Source of the DNA: Pseudomonadota bacterium
GTDB taxonomy: Bacteria > Pseudomonadota > Alphaproteobacteria > Rhizobiales > Xanthobacteraceae
Reading direction: 5' to 3'
Assembly (NCBI GenBank): GCA_040387615.1
Contig: JAZKDK010000021.1
Span: 72,311 to 136,310 of the forward strand
Length of the DNA stretch: 64,000 bases
In this document: positions 10,187 to 20,035 of the stretch, one piece after another
Layout of the letters: each line of letters starts with the position of its first letter
Numbering within the stretch: position 1 is the stretch's first letter
Notes under the pieces: model-generated
Told to the model about the DNA's origin: nothing
Databases searched by the model: none
The model's input: the letters and a program-made list of their open reading frames with translations, nothing else
Position numbers and translations under genes: made by a program

Positions 10187-11416
10187 CTACTTGTCTTGTG
10201 ACAGCGGCATGTCGATGCCGCCCTTGATGTGTTTGATCGGACCTGCCGACGACGGCATGATGTCGAAGTCGAAGATTTCCGTCGGCAGCCACAGCGTGGC
10301 GCAGGCGTTCGGTACGTCGACCACGCCGGAGATGTGTCCCTGCACCGGCGCTGTTCCGAGAATGGAATAGGCCTGAGCGCCGGAATACCCGAACTTCTTC
10401 AGATACTCGATGGCATTGAGACATGCCTGACGATAGGCAATCGTCACATCGAGATAATGCTGCTTGCCAGCTTCATCAACCGAGATGCCTTCAAAGATGA
10501 GATAGTCCTTGTAGTTTGGCGTCATCGGCGATGGCTTGAACACCGGATTCTTAATGCCGTACTTCGCCATGCCATCCTTGATGACATCGACCTTGATGTG
10601 CAGCCAGCCTGCCATCTCGATGGCGCCGCAGAAGGTGATCTCGCCGTCGCCTTGGCTGAAATGCAGATCGCCCATCGAGAGACCTGCGCCCGGAACGTAG
10701 ACCGGGAAGTAGATCTTCGATCCGCGCGACAGATCCTTGATGTCGCAGTTGCCGCCGTGTTCACGCGGCGGAACAGTACGCGCGCCTTCGGCCGCGGCTT
10801 TCGCCTTCGCGTCGCCCTTCATGCGGCCCATATGCGCCGTCGGTCCGAACGGCGGATTGGCGAGACCCGGCACGCGGGTCGGGTTGGTCGCGATCAGCGC
10901 CGTCTCGCGCTCGTTCCACATCGACAGCATCTTCGGATCGGGCAGACAGCCGATCAGGCCGGGATGAATCAGGCCTGCGAAGTTGACGCCGGGAATGTGC
11001 CGCGACGACGTGTACATGCCCTTGAAGTCCCAGATCGACTTCTGCGCTAGCGGGAAATGATCGGTGAGAAAGCCGCCGCCGTTCTGCTTGGAGAAGAAGC
11101 CGTTGAAGCCCCACAGGCTCTCCTTCATCGGACCGACGTCGAGCAGATCGACCACCAGAAGATCGCCGGGCTCCGCGCCCTTGACGCCGATCGGTCCTGA
11201 CAGGAAATGCACGATCGACAGGTCGATGTCGCGAACGTCATCGGCCGAGTCGTTGTTCTTGATGAAACCGCCGGTCCAGTCGTAGGTCTCGATGATGAAA
11301 TCATCGCCCGGACTGACCCACTCCACCATCGGGATCTCCGGATGCCAGCGATTGTGAATCTTGTCGTTGTCGTAGGCCGACTGGTTGAGGTCGACCTTGA
11401 TCAGTGTATCTGGCAT
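10187..11416 (-). CDS. fmdA: Formamidase (acetamidase/formamidase family)
   Basis: HNRWHP, HFLSGPI, PPREHGGNCDIK, GDLHFSQGDGEITFCGAIEM. Confidence 0.95.
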   Translation of the reverse strand: MPDTLIKVDLNQSAYDNDKIHNRWHPEIPMVEWVSPGDDFIIETYDWTGGFIKNNDSADDVRDIDLSIVHFLSGPIGVKGAEPGDLLVVDLLDVGPMKESLWGFNGFFSKQNGGGFLTDHFPLAQKSIWDFKGMYTSSRHIPGVNFAGLIHPGLIGCLPDPKMLSMWNERETALIATNPTRVPGLANPPFGPTAHMGRMKGDAKAKAAAEGARTVPPREHGGNCDIKDLSRGSKIYFPVYVPGAGLSMGDLHFSQGDGEITFCGAIEMAGWLHIKVDVIKDGMAKYGIKNPVFKPSPMTPNYKDYLIFEGISVDEAGKQHYLDVTIAYRQACLNAIEYLKKFGYSGAQAYSILGTAPVQGHISGVVDVPNACATLWLPTEIFDFDIMPSSAGPIKHIKGGIDMPLSQDK

Positions 11417-11448
11417 TTAGGATGCTCCCCTGGTTACAAACGGCTTCG

Positions 11449-12138
11449 TTAAACTGAAAGATATTTTGCGACCTGCGCGGCATCGATGCCGTCGCGCTTC
11501 TCGTCGCGGACGATCTCGCCGTTCTCGATCACAAGAACGCGGTCGGCGACGTCCAGCGCGAAGCTGAGAACCTGCTCCGACACGATGATGGACAGCCCGC
11601 GCTCGTCGCGGATGCGCTTCAACGTCCGTGCCATTTCGCGAATGATCGATGGCTGGATACCTTCGGTCGGCTCATCCAGCAGAAGAACCTTTGGCTTGGT
11701 CGCCAGCGCGCGCGCAATCGCGAGCTGCTGCTGCTGGCCGCCCGAGAGATTTCCCCCACGCCGGCCCTTCATTTCGAGCAGCACCGGAAACAGTTCATAG
11801 ATGTCGCCCGGTACTTCCTTTTCGCCCGAGGTGACCAGCCCGGTCTCGATGTTTTCCTTTACCGTCATGGTCGAAAAGATCATGCGGCCCTGCGGCACAT
11901 AGGCGAGGCCCTTGGCAACACGCTCGTAGCTCTTGAGGGTGCTGAGTTCGCTGCCCTCCATGATGACCGAACCGCTCTTGGTCGGCACGATCCCCATCAG
12001 CGATTTCATCAGCGTCGTCTTGCCCATGCCGTTACGGCCCATGATCGCAACGATCTCGTTGGGCGCGACGGAGACATTGAGACCGTGAAGGACTTCGCTC
12101 TGTCCATATGCGACGTGAAGGTCCGAGATCGCGAGCAT
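11449..12138 (-). CDS. urtE: Urea/short-chain amide ABC transporter ATP-binding protein
   Basis: GRNGMGKTT, LSGGQQQQL, DEPTEGIQPSI; operon context. Confidence 0.9.
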   Translation of the reverse strand: MLAISDLHVAYGQSEVLHGLNVSVAPNEIVAIMGRNGMGKTTLMKSLMGIVPTKSGSVIMEGSELSTLKSYERVAKGLAYVPQGRMIFSTMTVKENIETGLVTSGEKEVPGDIYELFPVLLEMKGRRGGNLSGGQQQQLAIARALATKPKVLLLDEPTEGIQPSIIREMARTLKRIRDERGLSIIVSEQVLSFALDVADRVLVIENGEIVRDEKRDGIDAAQVAKYLSV

Positions 12139-12167
12139 TGCAATAGTCCTTATCCTACTTCTTTTTA

Positions 12168-12214
12168 AGCATGATCAGATCCGAAAACCGGTTCCCGCTT
12201 TTCGGGATCATGCT
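12168..12214. repeat. Short palindromic intergenic repeat, family B
   Basis: agcatgatc...ccgaaaaccggttcccgcttttcgg gatcatgct; second copy at 20951. Confidence 0.8.
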
Positions 12215-12969
12215 CAGTGTCCCAGATAAACTTCGATAACCTTCGGATCGTTCTTGACCGTCTCCATCGAACCCTCCGACAGGATTCTCCCCTGATGGAG
12301 CACGGTCACCTTGTGCGCGATGTCCTCGACGAACTTCATGTCGTGCTCGATCACCAGCACCGAGCGGTCCTTGATGATGCGGTTGAGCAGTTCAGCGGTC
12401 TTGATACGCTCGCTGACGCTCATGCCCGCCACGGGCTCGTCGAGCATCAACAGGTCCGGGTCCTGGATCAGCAGCATGCCGATCTCGAGCCACTGCTTCT
12501 GGCCGTGGCTGAGCAGTTCGGCGCTCATGCCGAGGCGATCCTTGAGGAAGATCATCTCGGCGACTTCTTCAACCCGGTCGCGCACCGTCGCGTCGCGCTG
12601 GAACGTCAGCGCGCCGAACACTGTGCGCCCGCGCGGATAGGAGATTTCGAGATTCTCAAACACGGTCAGGTCGTCATAGATCGACGGCGTCTGGAATTTC
12701 CGGCCGACACCGGCCTGGACGATCTGGTTCTCCTTCATCCTGGTCAGTTCCTGGTTGCGGAACTGAATCGAACCCGATGTCGCCTTGGTCTTTCCGCAAA
12801 TCAGATCAAGTACGGTGGTCTTGCCTGCCCCGTTCGGGCCGATAATGACGCGGATTTCGTTTTCATCGACGTAGAACGACAGATCATTGACCGCCTTGAA
12901 GCCGTCGAACGAAACCGTGAGCGCCTCGACCGCGAGCAGGAATTCCTTGGGTTGATGACCGACAAGCAT
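12214..12969 (-). CDS. urtD: Urea/short-chain amide ABC transporter ATP-binding protein
   Basis: SFDGFKAVNDL, GPNGAGKTT, GRKFQTPS, LSHGQKQWLEIGM. Confidence 0.92.
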   Translation of the reverse strand: MLVGHQPKEFLLAVEALTVSFDGFKAVNDLSFYVDENEIRVIIGPNGAGKTTVLDLICGKTKATSGSIQFRNQELTRMKENQIVQAGVGRKFQTPSIYDDLTVFENLEISYPRGRTVFGALTFQRDATVRDRVEEVAEMIFLKDRLGMSAELLSHGQKQWLEIGMLLIQDPDLLMLDEPVAGMSVSERIKTAELLNRIIKDRSVLVIEHDMKFVEDIAHKVTVLHQGRILSEGSMETVKNDPKVIEVYLGH

Positions 12970-12978
12970 GGCTTTCTC

Positions 12979-14175
12979 CTATTCCGCCGGGGCGCCGTCG
13001 GCGACCGAACCTCCGGTCCAGCCGCTCCTGCCGCCTGATTTGGATTTGCGCGACGAGATCAGGCGGTCGATGCGGCTCTGAATATGATCGCGCCAGATTC
13101 CGGCAAGGCCATTCGGGAAGGCCAGAACGACCGCGATGAACAGCCCGCCGAGTCCGAACAGCCACAGTTCAGGAAACGTTTCCGACAGGCTGGTCTTGGC
13201 GAAGTTCACGAGAAGTGTTCCGTAGACCGCGCCGAGGATGGAGAGACGCCCGCCGACAGCGGCGTAGATCACCATCTCGATGGACGGCACGATGCCGACA
13301 AAGGAAGGCGACATGAAGCCAACCTGAAGGGCGAACATTGCGCCGCCGATGGCTGCGAACACCGCTGCCGCGCAGAAGGCAAAGATCTTGAAGTTGGCGA
13401 CGCTGTAGCCCGAGAACCGGACTCGGTCCTCCTTCTCGCGCATCGCGACCAGAATACGGCCCAGCTTCGAATGACGGATGAACTGCGCGATCCCGATGCA
13501 ACCGAACAGGCAGGCGACTTCCACGAAGTAGAGAATGAACTTGGCGTTGTCGGTACGGATATCCCAGCCCTTCAGCGTACGCAGGTCGGTGATGCCGTTG
13601 ACCCCGCCGGTGTAACCTTGTTGGCCAATGATGAGGATGGTCAGGATCGCGGCAATCGCCTGGGTGATGATGGCGAAGTACGTGCCGCCGACGCGGCGCT
13701 TGAACATCGCAGCGCCGATGATGAAGGCGAAGATCGCCGGCACCACAATGATTGCGATGATCGTCAATGTCAGGCTGTGGAATGGCTTCCAGAACAGCGG
13801 CAATTGCGTAATCTGATTCCAGTCCATGAAGTCCGGGATGCCGGGCGTCGACTGGATCTTGGTGTTTGCAACGCTGGATGCTTCCAGCTTGAGAAACATC
13901 GCCATGCAGTAGCCGCCGAGGCCGAAGAACACGCCCTGCCCGAGGCTGAGAATTCCGCCATAGCCCCAGCAGATCACCAGACCAATCGCCACGAAGGCAT
14001 AGGTCAGATACTTCGCAACCAGGTTAAGCCGGAAGTTATCGAGGGTCAGCGGCAGGATGACGACCAGCAACACCGCCAGCACGAGGATGCCGAGAAGTTC
14101 GGAGCGGTTCGCGAAGCGCGGATTGTCGTTGATGGCTTTGGCTGCGACAGTTTGCTCAGAGACTTTCTTGGACAT
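12979..14175 (-). CDS. urtC: Urea/short-chain amide ABC transporter permease
   Basis: WGYGGILSLGQGVFFGLGGYCMAMFLKL, PDFMDWN, RVRFSGY. Confidence 0.92.
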   Translation of the reverse strand: MSKKVSEQTVAAKAINDNPRFANRSELLGILVLAVLLVVILPLTLDNFRLNLVAKYLTYAFVAIGLVICWGYGGILSLGQGVFFGLGGYCMAMFLKLEASSVANTKIQSTPGIPDFMDWNQITQLPLFWKPFHSLTLTIIAIIVVPAIFAFIIGAAMFKRRVGGTYFAIITQAIAAILTILIIGQQGYTGGVNGITDLRTLKGWDIRTDNAKFILYFVEVACLFGCIGIAQFIRHSKLGRILVAMREKEDRVRFSGYSVANFKIFAFCAAAVFAAIGGAMFALQVGFMSPSFVGIVPSIEMVIYAAVGGRLSILGAVYGTLLVNFAKTSLSETFPELWLFGLGGLFIAVVLAFPNGLAGIWRDHIQSRIDRLISSRKSKSGGRSGWTGGSVADGAPAE

Positions 14176-14187
14176 TTCTTGGCCTTT

Positions 14188-15114
14188 TCACTTCCGGACC
14201 TTGAGGGCAAACAGCCCCTGCGGCCGCAGCATGAGGATTCCGACGATCGCGAGCAGCGTGAGAACCTTGGCCATCGAGCCCGACATGAAGAACTCCATGG
14301 TGGACTGCGCCTGGGAGATGGTAAAAGCCGAAGCGATGGTGCCGAGCAGGCTGGCCGCGCCGCCGAACACGACGACAAGGAACGTGTCGACGATATAGAG
14401 CTGGCCGGAGGTCGGCCCGGTCGAGCCGATCATGGTGAAGGCTGAGCCTGCGATGCCCGCGATGCCGCAGCCGAGACCGAAGGTGTAACGATCGACCTTC
14501 TCGGTGTTGATGCCGACAGCGCCAGCCATCACGCGGTTCTGCACCACGGCGCGGACCTGACGGCCCCAACGGGATTTGTACATGATGTAGGCGACCGCGA
14601 CGGTGATCAGCAGCGTCAGGCACATCACGAAGATGCCGTTGATCGGGACTTCGATAGTGTCGGTGATCTGCTTCGATCCCAGCATCCACTGCGGCAGCTC
14701 GACGCCGACTTCACGCGCACCGAAGATCGAGCGATAGGCCTGCTGCAGGATCAGGCTCAGGCCCCAGGTCGCGAGCAGTGTATCGAGCGGGCGCTTGTAG
14801 AGATGCCGTATCAGCGCCCATTCCACCAGCATTCCGAGCGCGCCGGATGCGAGAAAAGCCAGCGCCATCGCGAGAAAGAAGTAGCCGCTGAACAGCGACG
14901 GCAGATAGGCCTGAAAGAAATTCGACGTCATCCAGGTGACGTAGGCGCCGAGGATCATGAATTCGCCGTGCGCCATGTTGATGACGCCCATCTGGCCGAA
15001 GATGATCGCAAGACCAAGCGCCATCAAAACGTAAACGGAGAAGAGAATGAGACCTGCGAAGCCCTGCATCGCAAAGATCGCGCCGAGATCGCCAATCGAA
15101 TAGTCGCCGAACAT
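14188..15114 (-). CDS. urtB: Urea/short-chain amide ABC transporter permease
   Basis: GLAIIFGQMGVINMAHGEF, RPLDTLLATWGLSL; start set at ATG 15114 (MFGDYS). Confidence 0.9.
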   Translation of the reverse strand: MFGDYSIGDLGAIFAMQGFAGLILFSVYVLMALGLAIIFGQMGVINMAHGEFMILGAYVTWMTSNFFQAYLPSLFSGYFFLAMALAFLASGALGMLVEWALIRHLYKRPLDTLLATWGLSLILQQAYRSIFGAREVGVELPQWMLGSKQITDTIEVPINGIFVMCLTLLITVAVAYIMYKSRWGRQVRAVVQNRVMAGAVGINTEKVDRYTFGLGCGIAGIAGSAFTMIGSTGPTSGQLYIVDTFLVVVFGGAASLLGTIASAFTISQAQSTMEFFMSGSMAKVLTLLAIVGILMLRPQGLFALKVRK

Positions 15115-15224
15115 TTCAAAATCTCCGCCGGGGGAAGTCTCGCGCCGCAGACGAATCCGCAGCGCGAGGGCTGCGGGCGTGGACTGACGATCCACGCCTG
15201 GGAGCTCTGCTACGGGAGAGACGC

Positions 15225-16487
15225 TTACTGATAACCCTTCGGGAACGGATCGGGCTCGATCAGATCCGGCGTCTCATAGACGACCTTGAACTGGCCATCG
15301 AGTCCGGCGAGTCCGACGCGGGTCTTGGACCACAGGTGGTGATTCTTGTGGATCTTGACGTAGCCTTCCGGCGCCTTGGTGAACTCGATGCCGGTGGAGG
15401 CTTCCGCGATCTTGTCGATGTCGAAGCTGCCCGCTTTCTCGACCGTCATTTTCCAGAGCCACGGGCCAAGGTACGCAGCCTGCGTGACGTCACCGATCAC
15501 GGTCTTCTCACCCCACATCTTCTTGAAGGCGGCGACGAATTCCTTGTTGTTCGCGTTGTCGAGCGACTGGAAGTACTTCATGCAGGCGAACGCGCCCGCG
15601 ATGTTTTCGCCGCCAATGCCGTCGATTTCGTCCTCGGTGACCGAGATGGTCAGAAGCGTCTGCTTCGACAGGTCGATGCCGGCTGCCTTGAGCTGCTTGT
15701 AGAACGCAACGTTAGAACCGCCGACAATGATGGCGTAGATCACGTCCGGCTTGGTCAGCTTGATCTTGTTGATGACCGAGTTGAACTGGGTGTGGCCGAG
15801 CGGGAAGTATTCCTCGCCGACCACCTTCGCGCCCTGAAGATGTCCCTCGATATGCTTACGCGCGATCTTGTTCGACGTGCGCGGCCAGATGTAGTCCGAG
15901 CCGAGCAGATAGAACGTCTTTGCACTCTTGGTCTTGTTGACCCAGTCGAGGCCAGCAATGATCTGCTGGGTGGCTTCCTGGCCGGTGTAGATGACGTTCT
16001 TGGACTGCTCGAGCCCTTCATAGAAGGTCGGGTAGTAGAGCATGCCGTTGTATTGCTCGAATACCGGCAGAACCGCCTTGCGCGATGCCGACGTCCAGCA
16101 ACCCATGACCGATGCACACTTGTCGTTGACGAGCAGTTTCTTCGCCTTTTCGGCGAAGGTCGGCCAGTCGGATGCGCCGTCTTCCTGAATGAATTTGATC
16201 TTGCGGCCGAGCACACCGCCCGTGGCGTTGATCTGCTCGATCGCCAGCTTTTCAGCCTGCACCGATCCCGTCTCGGAAATCGCCATGGTGCCGGTCACCG
16301 AGTGCAGGATTCCGACCGTGACTTCTGTATCGGTCACCGCCAGACCCGTGGTGTTGACCGCGGATGTTGCAGGCCCTGCGCCAAATGACGGCTTTGAGAC
16401 CAGCGACATGGCGGGCAAAGCCGCCATTCCCATAAGCAATTTTCGCCGGAACGCGGACTGTAAGCCCTGATGTTTCTCGTCTGACAT
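15225..16487 (-). CDS. urtA: Urea/short-chain amide ABC transporter substrate-binding protein
   Basis: VGILHSVTGTMAISE, EDGASDWPTFAEKA, WTSASRKAVLP, YPTFYEGLE; Tat-like RRKLL leader; start set at ATG 16487. Confidence 0.92.
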   Translation of the reverse strand: MSDEKHQGLQSAFRRKLLMGMAALPAMSLVSKPSFGAGPATSAVNTTGLAVTDTEVTVGILHSVTGTMAISETGSVQAEKLAIEQINATGGVLGRKIKFIQEDGASDWPTFAEKAKKLLVNDKCASVMGCWTSASRKAVLPVFEQYNGMLYYPTFYEGLEQSKNVIYTGQEATQQIIAGLDWVNKTKSAKTFYLLGSDYIWPRTSNKIARKHIEGHLQGAKVVGEEYFPLGHTQFNSVINKIKLTKPDVIYAIIVGGSNVAFYKQLKAAGIDLSKQTLLTISVTEDEIDGIGGENIAGAFACMKYFQSLDNANNKEFVAAFKKMWGEKTVIGDVTQAAYLGPWLWKMTVEKAGSFDIDKIAEASTGIEFTKAPEGYVKIHKNHHLWSKTRVGLAGLDGQFKVVYETPDLIEPDPFPKGYQ

Positions 16488-16630
16488 GACCACCCCTTTT
16501 TGCTGAACAAAGCGCCTTGATGGGGAAAAGATGGCCCGGATTGTGCAGCGCACAGATACGCGAAATCGCGCATACGACACCGCAAAAGCGCGACGTAGAT
16601 TTTTCGAGACCGGATGAGGGCGCGTAACGC

Positions 16631-19600
16631 GTGACGATGGAGATCAAAGTGGCCGGGCGACAGCGGATAGACCGCGTCAGGCGCCAATATAATCAATGGG
16701 TTGCCAACCAAACCCTTGAGGACTACGCGCTTCGCTTCACGGCCAAGAGCGCACGGCGCTGGTCTGCGGCGCGGGTGGCGAACACAGCCCTTGGCGCGAT
16801 CTCGTTTCTGGCGCTGGAAGCCATCGGCGGCACGATCACGCTGAACTACGGCGTTACCAACGCCACCGCTGCCATTTTGGTAGTCAGCGTCATCATTTTC
16901 TGCTGCGGGCTGCCGATTGCCTATTACGCAGCCAGATACGGCGTCGATATCGACCTGCTCACCCGCGGTGCAGGCTTCGGCTACATCGGCTCCACGATCA
17001 CATCGCTGATCTACGCATCCTTCACCTTCATTTTCTTCGCGATCGAAGCCGTCATCCTCGCGATGGCGCTGGAACTCTGTTTCGGCATTCCCCGCCCGAT
17101 CGGCTATCTCATCAGCGCGGTCGTCATCATTCCGCTGGTCACCCACGGCATCACGCTGATCAGCCGCTTCCAGTTATGGACGCAGCCGTTCTGGATCCTG
17201 CTTCACATTTTGCCCTTCGCAGCCATTGCGATCAAAAGCCCCGGCTCGTTCGCGGAATGGACTGCGTTTCCGGGCGAACACGGCAATCCGTCGGGGCATC
17301 TCGATCTGCTGCTGTTCGGAACCGCGGCGTCCGTGGTCTTTGCGCTGGTGGCGCAGATCGGCGAACAGGTCGACTTCCTGCGGTTTCTTCCGCGCGACCG
17401 GCGAACCTCGAAGCGCGCGTGGTGGATCGCCATGATCAGTGCCGGCCCCGGCTGGATCGTGCCGGGTGCGATCAAGATGCTGGCCGGCTCGTTCCTCGCC
17501 TTCTTCGCGATCAAGCACGGCGTGACAGCCGAATACGCCGCCGAACCCGCGCATATGTACCTCGAAGCGTTTCGTTATGTTCTCGCGCAACCGGATCTCG
17601 CGCTGGCGCTGACCGGCACGTTCGTCATTCTCTCGCAGCTCAAGATCAACGTCACCAACGCCTACGCGGGCTCGATTGCGTGGTCGAACTTCTTCTCGCG
17701 CCTGACCCACAGCCATCCGGGCCGCGTGGTGTGGCTGGTGTTCAACGTGCTGGTCGCGCTGCTGCTGATGGAGATCGGCGTTTACAAGGCGCTGGAACAG
17801 ACGCTGGCGCTTTACTCGAACGTCGCCATCGCCTGGGTCGGCGCGCTGGTCGCCGATCTCATCGTCAACAAGCCGCTCGGCCTGCGCCCGCAACACATGG
17901 AGTTCAAGCGCGCGCACCTCTACGACATCAATCCGGTCGGCGTCGGTGCGATGATCATCGCCACCATCGTATCGATCAGCGCGTTCTACGGCTTCTTCGG
18001 AACAACGGCGAAGGCGCTCGCGCCGTTCGTGGCGCTGACCGTCGCCTTCCTGACCGCGCCTGTGATCGCGTGGGCGACCGGCGGAAAGTATTACATCGCG
18101 CGCAAGCCCAAGCGGAGCTGGCAAAATCTCGAAACGATCAAATGCTGTATCTGTGAACACGCGTTCGAGCCGGAAGACATGGCCTCCTGCCCGGCCTATG
18201 CCGGTCCGATCTGCTCACTGTGCTGTTCGCTCGACGCCCGCTGCCACGACCTGTGCAAGCCGCATGCGCGGGTGCAGGCGCAGTTCTCCGAAACGCTGGG
18301 CAAGATGCTTCCGCAGTTCATCTACGCGCGGATCAATTCGCAGCTCGGGCACTATCTCGGCGTGTTTGCGCTATCCGCGGGACTGGTCGGACTGACGCTC
18401 GGCCTGATCTATCTGCAGACGTCCACCGCGATTCGCTTCGATCAGGTGCAACTCTCCGACGTGCTGTGGAAAGTGTTCTTCGCGCTCTCGATCATCATCG
18501 GCGTGGTGGCCTGGCTGTTCGTGCTGGCGCGGCAGAGCCGGCAGGCCGCGGAGGCCGAAACCAAACGGCAAACGACGCTCCTGATGCAGGAAATCGACGC
18601 CCACCGCCAGACCGACATGGAGCTTCAGCGCGCCAAGGAAGTCGCCGAATCCGCCAACCTCGCCAAGAGCCGCTACGTGGTCGGTCTCAGCCACGAATTG
18701 CGCTCGCCGCTCAACGCGATCAGCGGCTACGCCCAGTTGCTCGAGCAGGACGCGACCATATTGCCGAAACCGCGCGATCAGATTCGCGTGGTTCGCCGCA
18801 GCGCCGATCACCTTTCAGGACTGATCGATGGCCTGCTCGACATTTCCAAGATCGAGGCCGGGCGGCTGCATCTGTCGCGCGACGAAGTCCGTCTCCACGC
18901 GTTCCTCGACCAGCTTGTCGGCATGTTCCGCCTGCAGGCCGCCGCGAAGAACGTCGAGTTCGTATTTCAGCGGCCGGAGACCCTGCCCCCGGTTGTCTAT
19001 GCCGACGAGAAGCGGCTGCGGCAGATTCTGATTAACCTGCTGTCAAACGCCATCAAGTTCACCCAAAGCGGGAGCGTCCATTTCATCGTGCATTATCGCA
19101 GCCCTGTCGCCGAATTCGAGGTGCGTGACACCGGCCCCGGCATCCATGCCGACGATCTGGATCGCATCTTCGCGCCGTTCGAGCGCGGCGCGCTCGGCAT
19201 CGCGCAACCACAGACCGGGACGGGTCTGGGCCTCACCATCAGCAAGCTGCTCGCCGGCGTGATGGGCGGCGACATCCGCGTCACCTCCACCGTCGGGAAA
19301 GGCAGCACATTTCAGGTGAAAATGTTGTTGTCCGAAGTGACAAACCCGACCCGCATCAAAGCGATCAACGCCCCGATCTACGGCTACCACGGCCCGCGCA
19401 AGACCATCCTCATCACCGACGACGATCCGACCCACCGCGATCTCTTACGCGAAATTCTAGCCCCGCTCGGCTTCATCATTCTGAGCGCACCTGACGGTGC
19501 GACGTGTCTTAATCTCGCGCAGCACTGCCAGCCCGACATGTTCCTGCTGGATATCTCCATGGCGGAAATCGACGGCTGGTCGGTCGCCGAAAACCTTCGC

Positions 19601-20035
19601 ACGGCGGGGCATCATAACGCCCGCATCCTGATGATTTCAGCAAGCGCGCTCGAAGCCCACGGCGCGCCACTGGCGCAGCCGTTCCATGACGGCTACCTGA
19701 TGAAGCCGATCGACGTTCCGCGCGTGCTGGAACTGATCGGTCAGTTGCTCAAGATCGAGTGGTCACACGAGCCGGGGCCAGTTCATACCACGGAGGCCAC
19801 AGCCGCCGCATGGAACGCAGACAAGGACCCGAGCCCGCCGGTGCAGTATGTCAACGAGCTGATAGACCTCGGGCAAATCGGCTACGTCACGGCCATTCAT
19901 CGCAAACTCGACGAGATCGACAAGGATCATCCGGAGCACGCTGCCTTCGTGTCGCAGATGCGCTCGCTGGTCGAACGGTTCGATCTCGGGCAATACATGG
20001 CAACCCTTCAGAATGTGCAGCGCCATGATCATTGA
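16631..20035 (+). CDS. Hybrid sensor histidine kinase with N-terminal multi-TM permease-like domain, Cys-rich linker, HisKA/HATPase and receiver domains
   Basis: About 500 aa hydrophobic N-terminus; SHELRSPLNAI H-box; NLLSNAIKFT, DTGPGI, GTGLGL; REC with FLLDISM. Confidence 0.9.
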   Translation: MTMEIKVAGRQRIDRVRRQYNQWVANQTLEDYALRFTAKSARRWSAARVANTALGAISFLALEAIGGTITLNYGVTNATAAILVVSVIIFCCGLPIAYYAARYGVDIDLLTRGAGFGYIGSTITSLIYASFTFIFFAIEAVILAMALELCFGIPRPIGYLISAVVIIPLVTHGITLISRFQLWTQPFWILLHILPFAAIAIKSPGSFAEWTAFPGEHGNPSGHLDLLLFGTAASVVFALVAQIGEQVDFLRFLPRDRRTSKRAWWIAMISAGPGWIVPGAIKMLAGSFLAFFAIKHGVTAEYAAEPAHMYLEAFRYVLAQPDLALALTGTFVILSQLKINVTNAYAGSIAWSNFFSRLTHSHPGRVVWLVFNVLVALLLMEIGVYKALEQTLALYSNVAIAWVGALVADLIVNKPLGLRPQHMEFKRAHLYDINPVGVGAMIIATIVSISAFYGFFGTTAKALAPFVALTVAFLTAPVIAWATGGKYYIARKPKRSWQNLETIKCCICEHAFEPEDMASCPAYAGPICSLCCSLDARCHDLCKPHARVQAQFSETLGKMLPQFIYARINSQLGHYLGVFALSAGLVGLTLGLIYLQTSTAIRFDQVQLSDVLWKVFFALSIIIGVVAWLFVLARQSRQAAEAETKRQTTLLMQEIDAHRQTDMELQRAKEVAESANLAKSRYVVGLSHELRSPLNAISGYAQLLEQDATILPKPRDQIRVVRRSADHLSGLIDGLLDISKIEAGRLHLSRDEVRLHAFLDQLVGMFRLQAAAKNVEFVFQRPETLPPVVYADEKRLRQILINLLSNAIKFTQSGSVHFIVHYRSPVAEFEVRDTGPGIHADDLDRIFAPFERGALGIAQPQTGTGLGLTISKLLAGVMGGDIRVTSTVGKGSTFQVKMLLSEVTNPTRIKAINAPIYGYHGPRKTILITDDDPTHRDLLREILAPLGFIILSAPDGATCLNLAQHCQPDMFLLDISMAEIDGWSVAENLRTAGHHNARILMISASALEAHGAPLAQPFHDGYLMKPIDVPRVLELIGQLLKIEWSHEPGPVHTTEATAAAWNADKDPSPPVQYVNELIDLGQIGYVTAIHRKLDEIDKDHPEHAAFVSQMRSLVERFDLGQYMATLQNVQRHDH

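Noticed and set aside
16488-16630. Sigma54 (-24/-12) promoter or NtrC sites expected upstream of the urt operon
   Set aside because: No TGGCAC-N5-TTGC match on either strand and no clear TGCAC-N7-GTGCA site
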